Assembly: GCF_001194135.2 (NCBI RefSeq)
Contig: NC_068999.1
Location: forward strand, 22,051,452-22,115,451
DNA length: 64,000 nucleotides
DNA from: Octopus bimaculoides
Taxonomy: Eukaryota
Direction: 5' to 3'
Part shown: in pieces, positions 28,579 through 42,270 of the stretch
Layout of the letters: every line of letters begins with the position of its first letter
How positions within the stretch are numbered: the first letter of the stretch is position 1
Notes under the pieces: generated by a model
What the model saw: only the letters and a program-made list of their open reading frames with translations
Database searches by the model: none
Told to the model about the DNA's origin: nothing
Made by a program: the position numbers and the translations under genes

Positions 28579-30079
28579 GGATTGTACAGGTCTCATCATC
28601 ATAATTTTCCATGCTGGCATAGGTTGGACAGGTTGACATGGTTTGAATCAGTTTCTGTTGAGAGCTACTGCCCTAACAAGCAAATCAGAAGACTACATTT
28701 TGTTCATTCATTTTAATTGCTGACTTAGTTTCTAATGCTGGATCCTTTTTCTTTCAATAACCGTTTTACAAAGGGTCCCAGGAGCATTTTATCATGACAC
28801 CAGCACCAGAAAGCAAGACAAGACTAAACTTTCTTCTCCACACTGTACTTACTCATTAAACAACCCCATTTTAGTGTGTACTTTTTGCATTTTGTCATAA
28901 TGCCAATACTAGAAATGATGCTATGTCCTCCACAAGGCAGAACTAAAGAGACCTCTCAGTTTTTGCTTTCTCTGATTATTTGTCAATCACTTTACAAAGT
29001 GTGGTAGTTGTATTTTATTGTAGCATCAACAAGGACTGCCTTATACACTGTAAGAATAGAATATTCATTACTCTGGGATATGTCACTCAATTCAGGGTCA
29101 TCTAGCAGTATTATAGTCCCCTGGATATATCAATGCACTGGGTCCTATAGTATTTATTTACTGACAGCAAATTACAACATACAGAGATCAGAACTGGGCC
29201 CCTAGACCCAGGAGGTCCCCAGGTAACTTCCCAGTGTGCCTGTGTCTTACTAGAGCACTGACTCAAGATAATGTGACCTATGAGGTGAATAGGAGAAATG
29301 ACAGAAGAACCAGAATAGACAGGGAGAGAGAATAATGGTAGAAACAGTGTGATAAGCACGAGAAGAGGTAAAAGAGAAGGGCAGTAGTAAATGAAAGTGA
29401 TTGATAACAATAAGAAGAGGCTCAGGGAAGAGTGAGTGATGACTGACAGTACAAAAAAGAGTGTAGGTAAAGTGTATGGCTTATAAACAGGTTCAATGTG
29501 GTCTCTTACACATTGGATTCATGGTAGACAAGAAAAGTAGAATAATGGTTGGAAATTGAATACATGTGCATTTCATACTATGCATTGTTGTGTGAATAAT
29601 ATAAGTGATATAGAGATGAATGGCAGGAAGATAATGAAGATGAGTGATAAGTAGACAAGTTTATTGGGAGTTGAATGATAGGGAAATGAGATGTCAGAGA
29701 TGGAGGAGAGACAGCAGATGTAGACTTGACTCAGTGTGTGCACGTGCGTGCATGTGTACAGGGGTACTAGTATATATGCTTGCCTGTATTATATATGTAG
29801 GCATGCATACAACCTTCTAAATATTGGCTCAAATTCAATTGTAGAGCATAAGAGTATTGTCAATTTAGCTTCAACTCACATAGTAAATTCAAATGAATGG
29901 TAAGCAAATTTTTATATGGGCTTCTTTCCTCTTACTGTTGCTGTTGCTATCATTATTTTGGTTGCTTTTTCTTCAGCAATACCAATAACACAGTAACTGT
30001 TCTATTCATTGATCTTGTTGTTACTGCTTAAAACATTCCCATAGAGTTAGTATTTGCTACCTTCCTTTCATCATCATCA

Positions 30080-30590
30080 TCATCATCATCATCGTTTAAC
30101 GCCCGCTTTCCATGCTAGCATGGGTTGGACAATTTGACTGAGGACTGGTGGAACCCGAAAGCTACACCAGGCTCCAATCTGATTTGGCAGAGTTTCTACA
30201 GCTAGATGCCCTTCCTGATGCCAACCACTCCAAGAGTGTAGTAGGTGCTTTTACATGTCACCCGCACGAAGGCCAGTCAGGAGGTACTGGCAACGGCCAC
30301 GCTCAAAATGGTGTATTTTATGTGCCACCCACACAAGAGCCAGTCCAGGGGCACTGGCAACAATCTCGCTCGAAAGTCCTTACACATGCTGCGGGCACAA
30401 GTACCAGAAAGGNNNNNNNNNNCAGGGGCACTGGCAACAATCTCGCTCGAAAGTCCTTACACATGCTGCGGGCACAAGTACCAGAAAGGCGACGCTGGGC
30501 ACAGGTGCCATCCCGATTTCGCTTTCCTCAATAAGTCTTCGCAAGCTGAGTTTCGTGTCCAATGAAGGAGATGACGTTGGCATGGGTGCC
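30080..30590 (-). mobile_element. RTE-type LINE 3' end with (ATG)n tail
   Basis: (CAT)n followed by cgtttaacgcccgctttccatgctagcatggg, as in other in-window LINE tails. Confidence 0.7.
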
Positions 30591-31149
30591 ACATTTCTTA
30601 TTCCCAGTAAAACCTTAGCACATGATATGATATTTTAGTTGATATGTGAGCTATCATTTGCATTTTACTTGTCAACAACTAACAAAGAAATGCTTAAGTT
30701 ATACTTCCAAGTCAATGAAGATAAAATGCCTGCTCTTGGGTGCAAAATCAAACAGAAAAAAACTTTCAGTTCTTTCTTGCCATCTGCACCATCCAAAATG
30801 CCTGGAACATGTTCTTTGTTTAGGACCTACTAAAAATGATAATCATAATTTCTTACATAGGTGAAAGATTACAAATTTGAAAGAGAGGTGTTAGTTGATT
30901 AAATCAACCCCCAGAAATTGACAGGTATATTTTACATTGATTCTAGTTAGATGAAAGACTAAATTGACATTAGTTGTATTTGGAAACAGAATGTAAAGAG
31001 TTAGAACAAAAACCACAACACATTTTGTTCAATACTTTAATGGTTTGCCAATCTATTCATTAACAATAACAATGATAATCATAATAATAATAAAATAATA
31101 ACAATAGAAATAATAATAATAATAATAATTATTATTATAGTAGTAATAA

Positions 31150-32410
31150 TATATGGAGTAAGCAAGAACAACATAATACTACAGCTGAATGGCCCTGCAG
31201 CCTGAAGCAAACAGCTTCTTATCCCCAGCAAGAGGTGATCCACTTCAAAGAAGGCAGTATCAGAAATATGAGTAAAAAGATAAGCTATTGGAAAGCAGCA
31301 GGACCTGATATTGTACAGGGGATTTGGATAAAAATGTTCAGTAGTTGCCATAAATTGATCACAGAGCAATTTAATGCATTGATCAATGGAGAAGAAAAAA
31401 TCCCGGGCTGGTTGACGAAAAGTTGTGTCTGAAGGATGCATCAAAAGGAATGCTTCTGACAATTACAGACCAATTTCTTGCTTTCCATTAATGTGGAAGG
31501 TACTGTCAGGATGAACTACAAAAGAACTATAAAGTTCTTGATGAGAATGACATATTACCAACAGAACAAAAAGACTGTAGAAGGAGATGCAGAGGTACCA
31601 AAGATCAATTATTCATAGACAAAATGGTACTGCAAGATTGTAAACGAAGGAGAACAAATCTAGGAATGGCCTGGATTTGTGGTGTATGCGTGAGAGTAGA
31701 AGTAATCGGCTTCCCTCGCACGAGTCTGTCCTGCGGTATCCGATCCTTGCGGTTGGCCCGACCTGAAGAACACTAGAAAGAGCAGCTGCTTTTCCCAACA
31801 CCTAGACGATCGCTTGGCACGTCCTCTCCTCACAACAACCCCGTTTGAAAAGGATATGAAATCCCGATCGAAGCTCCCTCTGCCCTTCTTCCTCTTCCAG
31901 TCAGCTCACCGTTCCGGTCAGTTCACGGTTCCGGTCAGCTCCCTAATTGCTGACGTCATACCACAGGATTGACTATTGCAAAGCCTATGTTATGATTCCT
32001 CATTCATGGATCATTGAGTGCTTAGATCTGTCTAGAATTGTGAAGAATATAATGCGTTTCCTGAAGAGAAATACTGTGGGGTGGAAAACTGGAATGACAT
32101 TTTATGGAAAAAGCTTGGGCACCCTGGGTATCGGAAGAGGATTTTCCAGGGTGATCGCTTATCTCTGTTGCTTTTTGTTTTCTGCATGTTACCCCTGACC
32201 TTGGTACTTAGGAAAATAAACCTGGAGTATCAACTAAAAGAAAAATCCCAAACAATCAACCACCTCCTCTTCATGGATGATTTGAAACTGTGTGGCAAGG
32301 ATGAGACACAAGTGAGTTCCTTGGTGAACACAGTCCACTGTTTTAGTACTGCTATTAGAATGGAATTTGGACTTAAGAAGGGCAGAATAATCTGCCTAAA
32401 AAGAGGCAAT
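31150..32410 (+). mobile_element. R4/Dong-like LINE reverse transcriptase fragment interrupted by a solo LTR
   Basis: [24 protein letters not shown]|DYCKAY, IFQGDRLSLLLF, INHLLFMDDLKL; (AAT)n at the 5' flank. Confidence 0.88.
31678..31965. mobile_element. Solo LTR, 288 bp
   Basis: TGTGGT...ACCACA termini; 5-bp TSD GGATT at 31673-31677 and 31966-31970; CpG-rich. Confidence 0.9.
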
Positions 32411-32751
32411 AATCTTAATTGCCATCATATCACAACTCACCAACATATTCAAAACACAGTCACTATCCAACAAAATAACACAACTTACATAGTATATATT
32501 CTGACTTGAACAGACAATAACATTAAACACTAAATCAAAACCTCAAAACAAAGCTAATCAGATATAACATGCAAACACTATGTTACTCTCTCAAGAGACA
32601 ATGTGCTGCACACATCTCAGGAATATGGAGGTGTACCTGATGTAGCAATAGATGCTTGAATGAAACTTTCTAAAAACGTAATACTAATGTTTACAATAAT
32701 GTGATAATATTAATTATGATTATAACCATCTTCATATTTTAATACTTGTAG

Positions 32752-32904
<153 letters not shown>

Positions 32905-33659
32905 TAGAAATAAACACATGCATGCACATATCAGAATGCACACATGCAAGAAAGCACACTTATATACATGTGCATGCACACACTCATACATCATTTGCTT
33001 CTTACTGAAAGTATCTGATCAGATTGGAATACATGCTCTTTTACTAGATGGACCACTAGTCAGGAGGTCCATCTACTTCTAATATCCATTCCATTAGGGA
33101 GGTGGGAGTCTTTAGGATGGCATGATTGATGATACATACACTAACTCTATGACATTTTCAGAAATTTCTGAATAGCAATGGCAGTAAACAAGTGTGGTTG
33201 TCATTTGTGAGATATCTTCCTGCAAATTGTTTCTTTGACTGCACTGCAGTCTTGGTTAAGTGCAGAATGAGGTTTGGTACCTGGTATTTGGAATATTGTC
33301 AAGTACTTAGTGCATACTGCCAAAAAGGGAAATGCGCTTGGTGGAATGTTCACATTTGCCTTCTATAGAAGCTTCATTATCAGTATGAATGATGATGACT
33401 TGGAAACGATTCTGGGTATCAACAGGAACAATCTAAATAATCTCTTCTGGAGAACTTTCAGATAAATCTCATGGACAATTTCTAAAGGTCCTTTATCTGG
33501 TGGTGTTAAAGTGGTGTATTTTATCCATTGCTTTACTGAGAGTGTTTCCAGTTCAAGATAAACTTTGCAGGTATGACAATGCCATCATATGGACCTGTCC
33601 AAGATGAGTTCAGAATAATGAAAATTGTTTTGTATGCATTTACTCAATATCAAAATATT

Positions 33660-35455
33660 ATTGATTTGTTACATTATTTGTTATCACACTACCAAGCACA
33701 GCTCTGCGTGCCTTGGGTATGTACTGTGGTTTGCTGTGATGCTCTCATTGTTACTGTATCGAAAGTGTTTTATGTAGGATATATTCATTGCCTAGTAGTG
33801 CTATTTTTTTCTATGTTATATATACTTGTTAGTCCTGGTGTTTTTGTTACGTATAAGTCTGAATATTTTTTTATCATACCTAATGCACCTACTACGATAG
33901 GAATTGTTTGTCTTTAGACTCCTCATTCGAGTTACCTCTATTTCCAGGTCTTTGTATTTTGAAAGTTTCTCCATTTCTTTTAGAGAAACATTGTTATCTG
34001 TAGGTATTGATACATCAATTAGAAACCATTTTTTTCTTGATGATCTCTGACAACTATAGCCGGCCTATTGGTTTTAATTCCTCTTTCTATATCATAGAGT
34101 ATGGTTGCTTTCTCATTTTCTGGCATGTGCCTATACCATCGTTTTTCTGTTGTTATTTCAGAGTGTTGGCACAGCTTCCAGTGTATATTGATCTCAACTC
34201 TGTCATGTCTGTGAATATATTCCTTCTTAGCCAGAACTGGGCAGCCAGAGACAATATGATTTATTGTTTCTTGTCCATTTCCACATATTCTGCAGTTACT
34301 TGTATTTCTTTTCATTACATGTTTTTGGTAATTTCTGGTGGGGAGGTTTTGTGCTGTAATTAAAAATCCTTCAGTCTCTGCTTTGAGTCCTGAGCTTCTC
34401 AGCCATTGTTGGGATTTTGCTTTGTCTATTTCTTTTCTGTTTAGTTTAACCCAGTATTTGCTATGAAGGGACTTTTCTTGCCATCATTTTATCATGATTC
34501 ATTGCTGTTCCAGTTTTAGTTTGGATTTCAGTTGTTTTACAGCTTTTGTTGTTTCTTCTTTTTCTTCATTGTTGTTAGGTACTACGACTTCTTTTTTGTA
34601 TTTGTCAGCTTCCTTAAAAACTGAAAACAGTTGTTTTGTTAAAATTTTGTGGCTATTTGTATTAGTTTTCCTTGCTTCTGAAGTAGGTATTTCTGTAGTC
34701 CTATGGTGGTTATTTTGTAATAGTTTTCTAGCTGTATAAGGCCTTTACCACCTTCCATATGTTGTCTATATAACTTTTCTGTCAGATTTTGGGTGGTGCA
34801 TCCTAAATCCTGTCATTATTTTTCTTGTTTTCCTGTCTATTTTGATTAGTTCATTTTGAGTCCAGTTAAGAATATTGTAGCTGTAATTTATAACTGGTAC
34901 AGCTAGAGTGTTGATACCTATTATCTTGTTTTTTACATTGAGGTCTGTTTTCAGTAGTAATCTAACTTGTCTGTAATATTCTTTTCTTATCTTCTCTTTC
35001 ATTTGTGTGTGTTGTATCATATCTAGTTCATTGATTCCTAAGTGTTTGTATGTCTGGCTTTGGTCTAATTCTCTTATTTCATTTGCTTTATCTAATGTGA
35101 TGTTGCTACTTTTAACTAGTTTTCCTCTTTTCAAGGTTGTAAGCCAGATTTCATGTTTATTTCTTTGGTAAATCCATGTACTGTCTGTAGTAATGTTTCC
35201 AGCTGTTTATTATTTGTAGCACACACTTTTTGATCATCCCTATATAAGAGGTGGCTAATTGTTTTGCCATAACAGTATCCACATCCAGTTCTGTTTAGCA
35301 TGTCAGATAAAGGTGTCAGTGCCAAGCAGAAAAGGAGTGGAGAGAGTGTGTCTCCCTGGAATATTCATCTTTTAATGGGGATAGCTTTGGTTTTTATGAG
35401 TCCCTCTTTTATCTCGAGCTGTAGCATTGTCTGCCATTTATTCATGGAATGTTTC
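33660..35455 (-). mobile_element. R4/Dong-like LINE, 5'-truncated (RT C-terminus, CCHC finger, restriction-like endonuclease)
   Basis: MFQGDTLSPLLF, ISHLLYRDD, CRICGNGQETINHIVSGC, RHDRV, NRPAIV..D, IDVSIP...KYKDL. Confidence 0.92.
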
Positions 35456-35510
35456 ATCATCACCACCACCACCACCATCACCATCACCATCACCATCACC
35501 ATCATCATCA

Positions 35511-35547
<37 letters not shown>

Positions 35548-35549
35548 AG

Positions 35550-35593
35550 CCAGAAAAGCATCTTCTTTGTTGGCCATGTATTAACCTCTTCAA
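35550..35593 (+). CDS. SHOC1: SHOC1-like small exon (PEKHLLCWPCINLF)
   Basis: ttacag|CCA...TCAA|gtaagt; 44 nt, phase 0-2; matches EEMYLLDFPCIN (start of HhH2-like region). Confidence 0.87.
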
Positions 35594-36368
35594 GTAAGTT
35601 AAACCAGTTTCATTAATTTTGACTATTTAGATTTTCTTATTATTTTCTTTAATTTCAAGTTTTGAAATATAGATTAAAATATAGAGTTAAAATGTAATTA
35701 AGGGCATTCCTTTATAGATAGTACAATGATTTTGTATCGAAAAGACAAATATTAGGAGTCTTAATTTTGTTTCTAGCATTGAACTGGGATATAAAAAAAC
35801 AATCTTAAAATCTTTTTGTAAGATCAGTGCTTTATACTTAATGCAGTGAATCAAGAAATACTGGTTAATTAAAATTACATCCATTGTGGGAAAAAAGAAT
35901 CATTTGCTTAATTATCAATTCTGGTCAATGAAGGTAGGAGAAACAACTTTAAAGTTTTAATTGATCTACGATTTGTCATCATAACTTTTTAATGTAGTTT
36001 TTTAATGTAAAACAATAAAAAACTGACTAATAGGTGGGGCCAGTTTAAAAAGTTATTACTATCTTAAAATATGGACATGAATCAGTCAGGAAAATAAAAG
36101 CAATGTTTAATTAAACTTTTAGACTACTCTTGAAATTCAGTTCAGTTGTTGAGTTTACAGCAATAATGTTATGATATTTGGTAAATGATGAAGTTTTGTG
36201 GCAAGTTGAAACAAACACTTTCATTCAAATTAAGCCTTAGAATATTATTCTGTTAGTAAAATAGGTACTACTTTAGTGTGCAATCTGCTGCAGTATCCAT
36301 AGTCTCTGCTGTGAAATTACCTAATCTGGGTTAAGGTTTTGGATTTGGTTTAGGATTAGGATCAGATT

Positions 36369-36446
36369 TCATGCTAAGGTGTAAATAGCCAAGTAAACTG
36401 CATGCTAAGGTGTAAATGACCAGGTAGACTGCATGCTAAAGTGGCA
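36369..36446. repeat. Tandem repeat of about 31 bp, 2.5 units
   Basis: catgctaaggtgtaaat...actg repeated. Confidence 0.7.
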
Positions 36447-36596
36447 CTGTTAAATACATGCTGATATGTTATATAATAAATAAAATCTACTTAAATAAAT
36501 TCTTTCAACTAATTATTTCTTTACAACTAATTATTTGTTCAGATTTTTGTTTTTACTATTGTATTAAAATTATATTTATTACCTTTTTTTCATCAG

Positions 36597-36699
36597 TGCT
36601 CAGTTACTTTTTAAGTCATGTCCACTCAAAGAGCTTGTGGAAATGTCCTCTGAAGACTTTGAAGTTAAATTCCCCAACATATCTCCAAATATTTTTCAT
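36597..36699 (+). CDS. SHOC1: SHOC1-like exon ([15 protein letters not shown]...[10 protein letters not shown])
   Basis: catcag|T...CAT|gtaagt; 103 nt, phase 2-0. Confidence 0.87.
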
Positions 36700-38661
36700 G
36701 TAAGTAGATAATGTTTATGTGTAGCACCTCATTTCTAACAATAAGATGGCTTTGTGCTTGAGAAAAAATTTTATGCATGTTGTTTCTTGCCTGTTTATGA
36801 TGTGTACATTTGCTTGCAAGCCTGTGTGTGTATGTATATGTATGTTCTGTATAGATCACATTATAAATTATCTGTGGAAACAATTTTAGAAGTTTTAAGA
36901 TTAGATACAAATAAAAAAATGTGACTATACTTTATTAAGCCAAACAACTTTCAATAACTTGATTTAATTATTAGGTTTTATGGCAACTCTAGCAACCTAA
37001 TAGATAGTTAAATAGATTGACAGATAGGCAGACAAGGAAGCAGATTGGTAGATAGGTAGATGGATGGACGGATGGATGGGCATCAGGTGAAATGGTTCTG
37101 AGTAGTGAAAAAGTGTTATCACAGAAAATCTGGTGGAGTAAGCAGTTCTGCTCACATTTACTTACCGCAGCAGAATACTACAGTTACAAAGGTGATGGGT
37201 GGTGGGAATGTCTTGAGGAAATTGGGTAAAGGGCCCATTTGTGCAGATATTTCCCTCCTCTCTGTTGGGAGGCACAGGCACAGGCACTTGTACACACATG
37301 TACACACATGACAGGAACTTCTACCTACCAAATTCAATCACAAGGCTTTAGTCAGCCCAAGGCTATAGCAGAAGACACTTGGCCAAGGTGCCATTCAGTG
37401 GAACTGGACTTGAAACCATATATGTGTGTGTGTGTGTGTGTATCATCATCATTGTTTAATGTCCACCTTCCACACTAGCATGGGTGGGGCAGTTTCACAA
37501 GAGCCGGCCATGCAGAAGCCTGTACCAGACTTTTGTAACTGTTTTGGCAGGATTTTTACAGCTGGATGCCCTTCCTAACACCAACCACTCAGCAGAATGG
37601 ACTTAGTGCTTTCTACGTGGCACAATTTGACAACCCATATTGTCTGTCTATGTCCTTGTAACTTAGTGGTTCAGCAAATAGGACTGATAGAAATATGTAC
37701 CAGACTTAAAATAAATGCTGGGGCTTATTTGTTTAACTAACCTTATATGATAGTGCTCCAGCATGGTTGCACTCCAATGTCTGAAGCAAGTTATAGTATA
37801 AAAGAGTATCCATATATATTTTATACATTTTTTCCCATTAGAAGTGAGCTATTTTGCCATTTTAAACCATATTTTAATAATATTTTATGGGATAAATCTT
37901 TTTCAAATGATGAAACTTTGGCAGCTGGCAGAAAATGGTTGAAAAACTGTCAGATTACTCTCTGACAATATAATGGAAATATATAAAGTGTATGTAAATA
38001 AACTGATATTCTATTTGTATTAATAATAACTTATCTAAAAACTTTCAAATATATAATTGAATACTTTCTTATTTAGACATGAAAACTTAGAATTATGAAA
38101 AGCTGTGAAACTAGGGATTAATACTGGTTATAACTGAAACTATTCTAAATGCAGATTACTTTAAGGACAAACATGAATTAATTCAGAAATTAACTGTGAC
38201 ATATATAAACAATAGACATTTAAAACATTTAGTTTTAGTTATGATATGTGAAAATATCAGAGTCAATTAAGTGATCAATTTACTTGACTATTAATCAATA
38301 TCCTGGTTAATTTGCTTGACTATTAATCTATATTCCTGTCTTCCAAAGGACATTGCCATTATACAAGGTATTTTACTCTATCAGCCTAAATCATCACTAG
38401 CGTTTCACAGTTGACAATACACTAGGTATTTAGTGGAAATGTATCTGCTTTGGTAATTCACGCAAATCCTAGAATTTGTTGATTGTTCAATTTATGTTAG
38501 TATATAAAAGATAAAGGCTTAAAATTGTAATAAGAGTGTTCTTAATATCTTCCTATATTTTTATAAGAATAATTACCCAGAATTTGCATTAAATAAAGTT
38601 ATCTGATGAACAAAATTACCTATTTCATAAGATGAAGTATGCTTTTTTATTTTTTAAATAG

Positions 38662-40078
38662 ATGTTTCATAATATTGCAAATGAAGACAACAGCTTACAA
38701 TTATCAAATAACTATAACCAACAAACAATGCAAAAGAAGTCATTAACACCTGATTATAATGACATAAAATTAGAATATGACATCATTTCTATTGAAGATA
38801 GTCCTGAGATTCTCCAGTCTAAGCCTTTGATGCATCTTTGGTCACCAAATCAAGAACAAAAAGAAGATACTCAATATATAGACAAACCTGACTCTTTGAT
38901 GACATTACCTCTAAAGGAAGAACCAGATGAAGAGCAGTATTATTTTGGAAGCTATAACAACTTTTTACAAAAACCCGATGAGGATTTAAACAGCAGTTTA
39001 TTACCTGAACTGATGACAAAGGACAACAGATCTTTTGAAATAAATTGGAAGGATAATATAAAAAATATATGGATGGGATCAGTTTCTAATCCTTGTACAT
39101 CTGTTGATAAAATGACAGGAAAAGATAATGATTTGACTGACAATTATTTGAATAATCAGAACAAATTGAGATATGGAAATAAAAGAGTCTTCAGATCTCC
39201 TGAACTACCTTCAAGAACTGAATATTTAACATATCATTACAACAGCCAACAAAATAATGACTCTATGCATGTGCGAAATCCAAACAGCCATTATAAAGAT
39301 TTACATTTTATTGAAGAAAGTGATGACAGTAAAGAAACTAATGATGATATTTGGGAATTTTCATCAATTAAAAGGTCTCGAGATTCTGAGATTGATGAAC
39401 TTTTGAGTACAGCTAAAAGACAAAAGGAAATTTCATCTGAAAAACAGAAATATGGTTGGAAATACTCAAAGCCATGGTCTTTTTCTCCTCCTCCTCTTCA
39501 TTCTCAACTGAAAAGCTCTCCAACTGGTATGCTTAATATGAATACAAAAGAATTAAATCTTTTACTTGATGTTCAATCAGATTTGAAACCACCCATGATG
39601 CCAAAACAAAAGCAAATATGGTTTAAAAAAGACAGATTAGTTGATAGTGTTTTTCTCAAACCAAACAGTTTTGCTCATCAAAATACACAAGAAACTGCTC
39701 CCACTCCTTCAAATGATTCTTCAAACCAATACTATGATTTAATGATGCAAAACATGTTTCAGAAGTCTAATCCTGCTAATATAGTTCATCCTAAGCCAAA
39801 ACTTACACCTATATTACACACTGAAGAGAGACATTCTTCTGAAAATCTTGACTCTTATCAAAACAGTTTTCACCAGCCATTTTATCAAGAAGTTCAGATA
39901 GATTCAGGTTTTGAAAATGTCCACTCATTGACTACAAATAATAACAGGTGTTTTGAATTCCCTAATAATGTTCCTTGTAAACCTTATCATTGTGATCAAG
40001 TCAAATCTTTAAAGCAAAGAGTGAAATATGTCACTAATGATTTTGCTCAACGTTTGAAGTATATTCCCCAAAAGAATG
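38662..40078 (+). CDS. SHOC1: SHOC1-like large exon (1417 nt; low-complexity, probably disordered C-terminal region)
   Basis: aaatag|ATG, phase 0, open for 472 codons; donor AATG|gttagt, phase 1. Confidence 0.85.
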
Positions 40079-40334
40079 GTTAGTATACATAATGTTTCAC
40101 TGTTTGAATTTTAAGCTTAAGTCAAAGATTTTCTCTAGAGAAATTTATTTAACCAGATAGTTTAAAAAAATACAATTTGTCAGTCTTCAAGGTCTAGATT
40201 AATATATGGTTTAGTGGTTTTGGTTTGCTATTGATATAGAGCTCATGGGAGACAATGTTTCATATAAATCAAGAAATATCATCATCAAAATAATTATAAT
40301 AATAGTAGTAATAATAATAATAATAATAATAATC

Positions 40335-42015
40335 CTTTCTACTAAAAGTATAAGGCTTGAAATTTGTGGGGAGGAGACTGGTCAATTACATCAACCCCAG
40401 TGTTTCACTGGTATTTAATTTATCAACCCCAAAAGGACAAGTTGACCTTGGCAGAATTTGAATTCAGAATGTAGCAACAGGCAAAATACCACTAAGCATT
40501 TTGTCCAGCATGCTAATGATTCTGCCAGCTTGCCACCTTATTAATAATAATAATAATTAATAATAATAATAATAATAATTAATAATAATAATNNNNNNNN
40601 NNCATTTTGTCCAGCATGCTAATGATTCTGCCAGCTTGCCACCTTATTAATAATAATAATAATTAATAATAATAATAATAATAATTAATAATAATAATAA
40701 TAATAATGACAATAATAATAATCCTTTCTACAAAAAGCACAAGGCCTAAAATTTGTGGGGAGGGGACTAGTCAATTACATCGACCCCAGTGTTTCACTGG
40801 TACTTAATTTATTGACTCTGAAAGGATGAAAGGCAACGTCAGCCTCAGCGGAATTTGAACTCAGAATGTTGAAACAAGTGAAATACTGCAAAGTATTTCA
40901 TCTAGCATGCTAATGATTCTGCCAGCTAACATAATAATAATAATAATAATAAATGCTTGGATGCAGTACCAGACAGTGGCTCTCATGGCTTCTGATCTTA
41001 ATTGATTGGAAGTGTTATCATGTTCGTTGTTTTGTCTTAGTATAAAAGATGGGCTACAGCAAATATTCTGCTTAATACCACAGATTTGCTTGTCAGTTGT
41101 TTGACCTTAACCAGTTGAGCATGTGCCTTGGTGGCTGACGATATGTGCATCTCTGATCACAAGCAGAAGTAGTGGGGGAGCATCATAGCCATGTGTTGAG
41201 AGGAGTTCTTTGGGGTTTGAATAATTCACCTTTGGAAACATGAGTGTTTTGCTCAACATCCTTAAACAAACCTTATTCAGGGACCTTTTGAGTGGGCCCC
41301 ACCTGCGAGGTCATGTGCTGTTTATCTTGATATGAGATCACCATGTCGCGCACATATGGTTGTGATGCATGTGCCTGGTGTACCCTTATCAGACGGGTAG
41401 TCATGATGGGTATATTGGGCTTTGTATATTTTACCCCAGTGTCACTTTGATGGCATGCACTACTCTCTCACTCAATAATAATAATAATAATAATATCTTA
41501 GTAGTTGTAGGGGCACCCAGAGCACTAACAACCAAGTTTGAGAAATGTGCTGGAGAAACTGTAATTGATGTGAGAGCAGAGTATGCCCCTAAAATTGGTC
41601 TATTGGGGACAGCTAGGATTTTGAGATTGGTGCTTGGATGTTGAAAGTCTCCCATGATACGTAACATCCAAGTACCAAGTCTTGTAATTTGCAGAAAGAG
41701 ACCCTGTGAGACCCCTGACAACAGGCTGCTGTCCCCTCTCACAGAATCAACCAGAGCCCTGGGAAGTAAAGTATAATGATGATGATGATGATGATAATAA
41801 TCTTTTGTACTATAGGCACAAAGCCAGAAACTTGGGGGAGGGGATTAGTCGATTACATTGATCCCAGTACTCAACTGGCACTTATTTCATTGACCCTGAA
41901 AGGATGAAAGGCAAAGTTGATCTTGGCGGAATTTGAACTCAGAATGTAAGGTCAGACGAAATGCCACTAAGCATTTTGCCTGGCATGCTAACGATTCTGT
42001 CAGCTCACTGCCTTA
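40335..42015. mobile_element. Cluster of SINE family B copies (minus) and R4/Dong-like 3' ends (plus) in (AAT)n tracts
   Basis: SINE B at 40335-40540, 40720-40930 and 41805-42015; VVGAP...LLGTARILR at 41500-41640. Confidence 0.75.
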
Positions 42016-42068
42016 ATAATAATAATAATAATAATAATAACAACAATAACAATGATAATAATAATATC

Positions 42069-42270
42069 GAAACTCAGGTTAATAAAGATTATTATCATTA
42101 TTATTCCTTTGTAACAGTGTAGGTAAAAATGCACCGAAGTCTTTAGTGATCTGTCTGTCTGAGGTCCTTGTTGCGACTTGACAGATGACTAAAGACTCCA
42201 GTGCATTTTTACCTACACTGTGATACGAAGGAATAATAATGATGATAATCTTTATTAACCGCAAGGTTTC
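42069..42270. repeat. Near-perfect hairpin: stem of about 80 bp, 24-nt loop
   Basis: 42077-42155 is the reverse complement of 42180-42260. Confidence 0.9.

Noticed and set aside
30340-30495. Direct duplication of about 70 bp
   Set aside because: It straddles a 10-N gap, so it is most likely unmerged contig overlap.
30639-30833. ORF after an AG as a possible SHOC1 exon
   Set aside because: No resemblance to SHOC1 and no fitting donor. Exon 28012-28090 joins 32752 in frame.
38662-40083. 473-aa ORF as a standalone single-exon gene
   Set aside because: It starts exactly at an AG acceptor in phase with upstream SHOC1 exons and has a donor 5 nt before its end. The conserved C-terminus lies at 47799-47902.
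40495-40690. Duplicated SINE head plus (AAT)n
   Set aside because: It straddles a 10-N gap, so it is most likely an assembly artefact.
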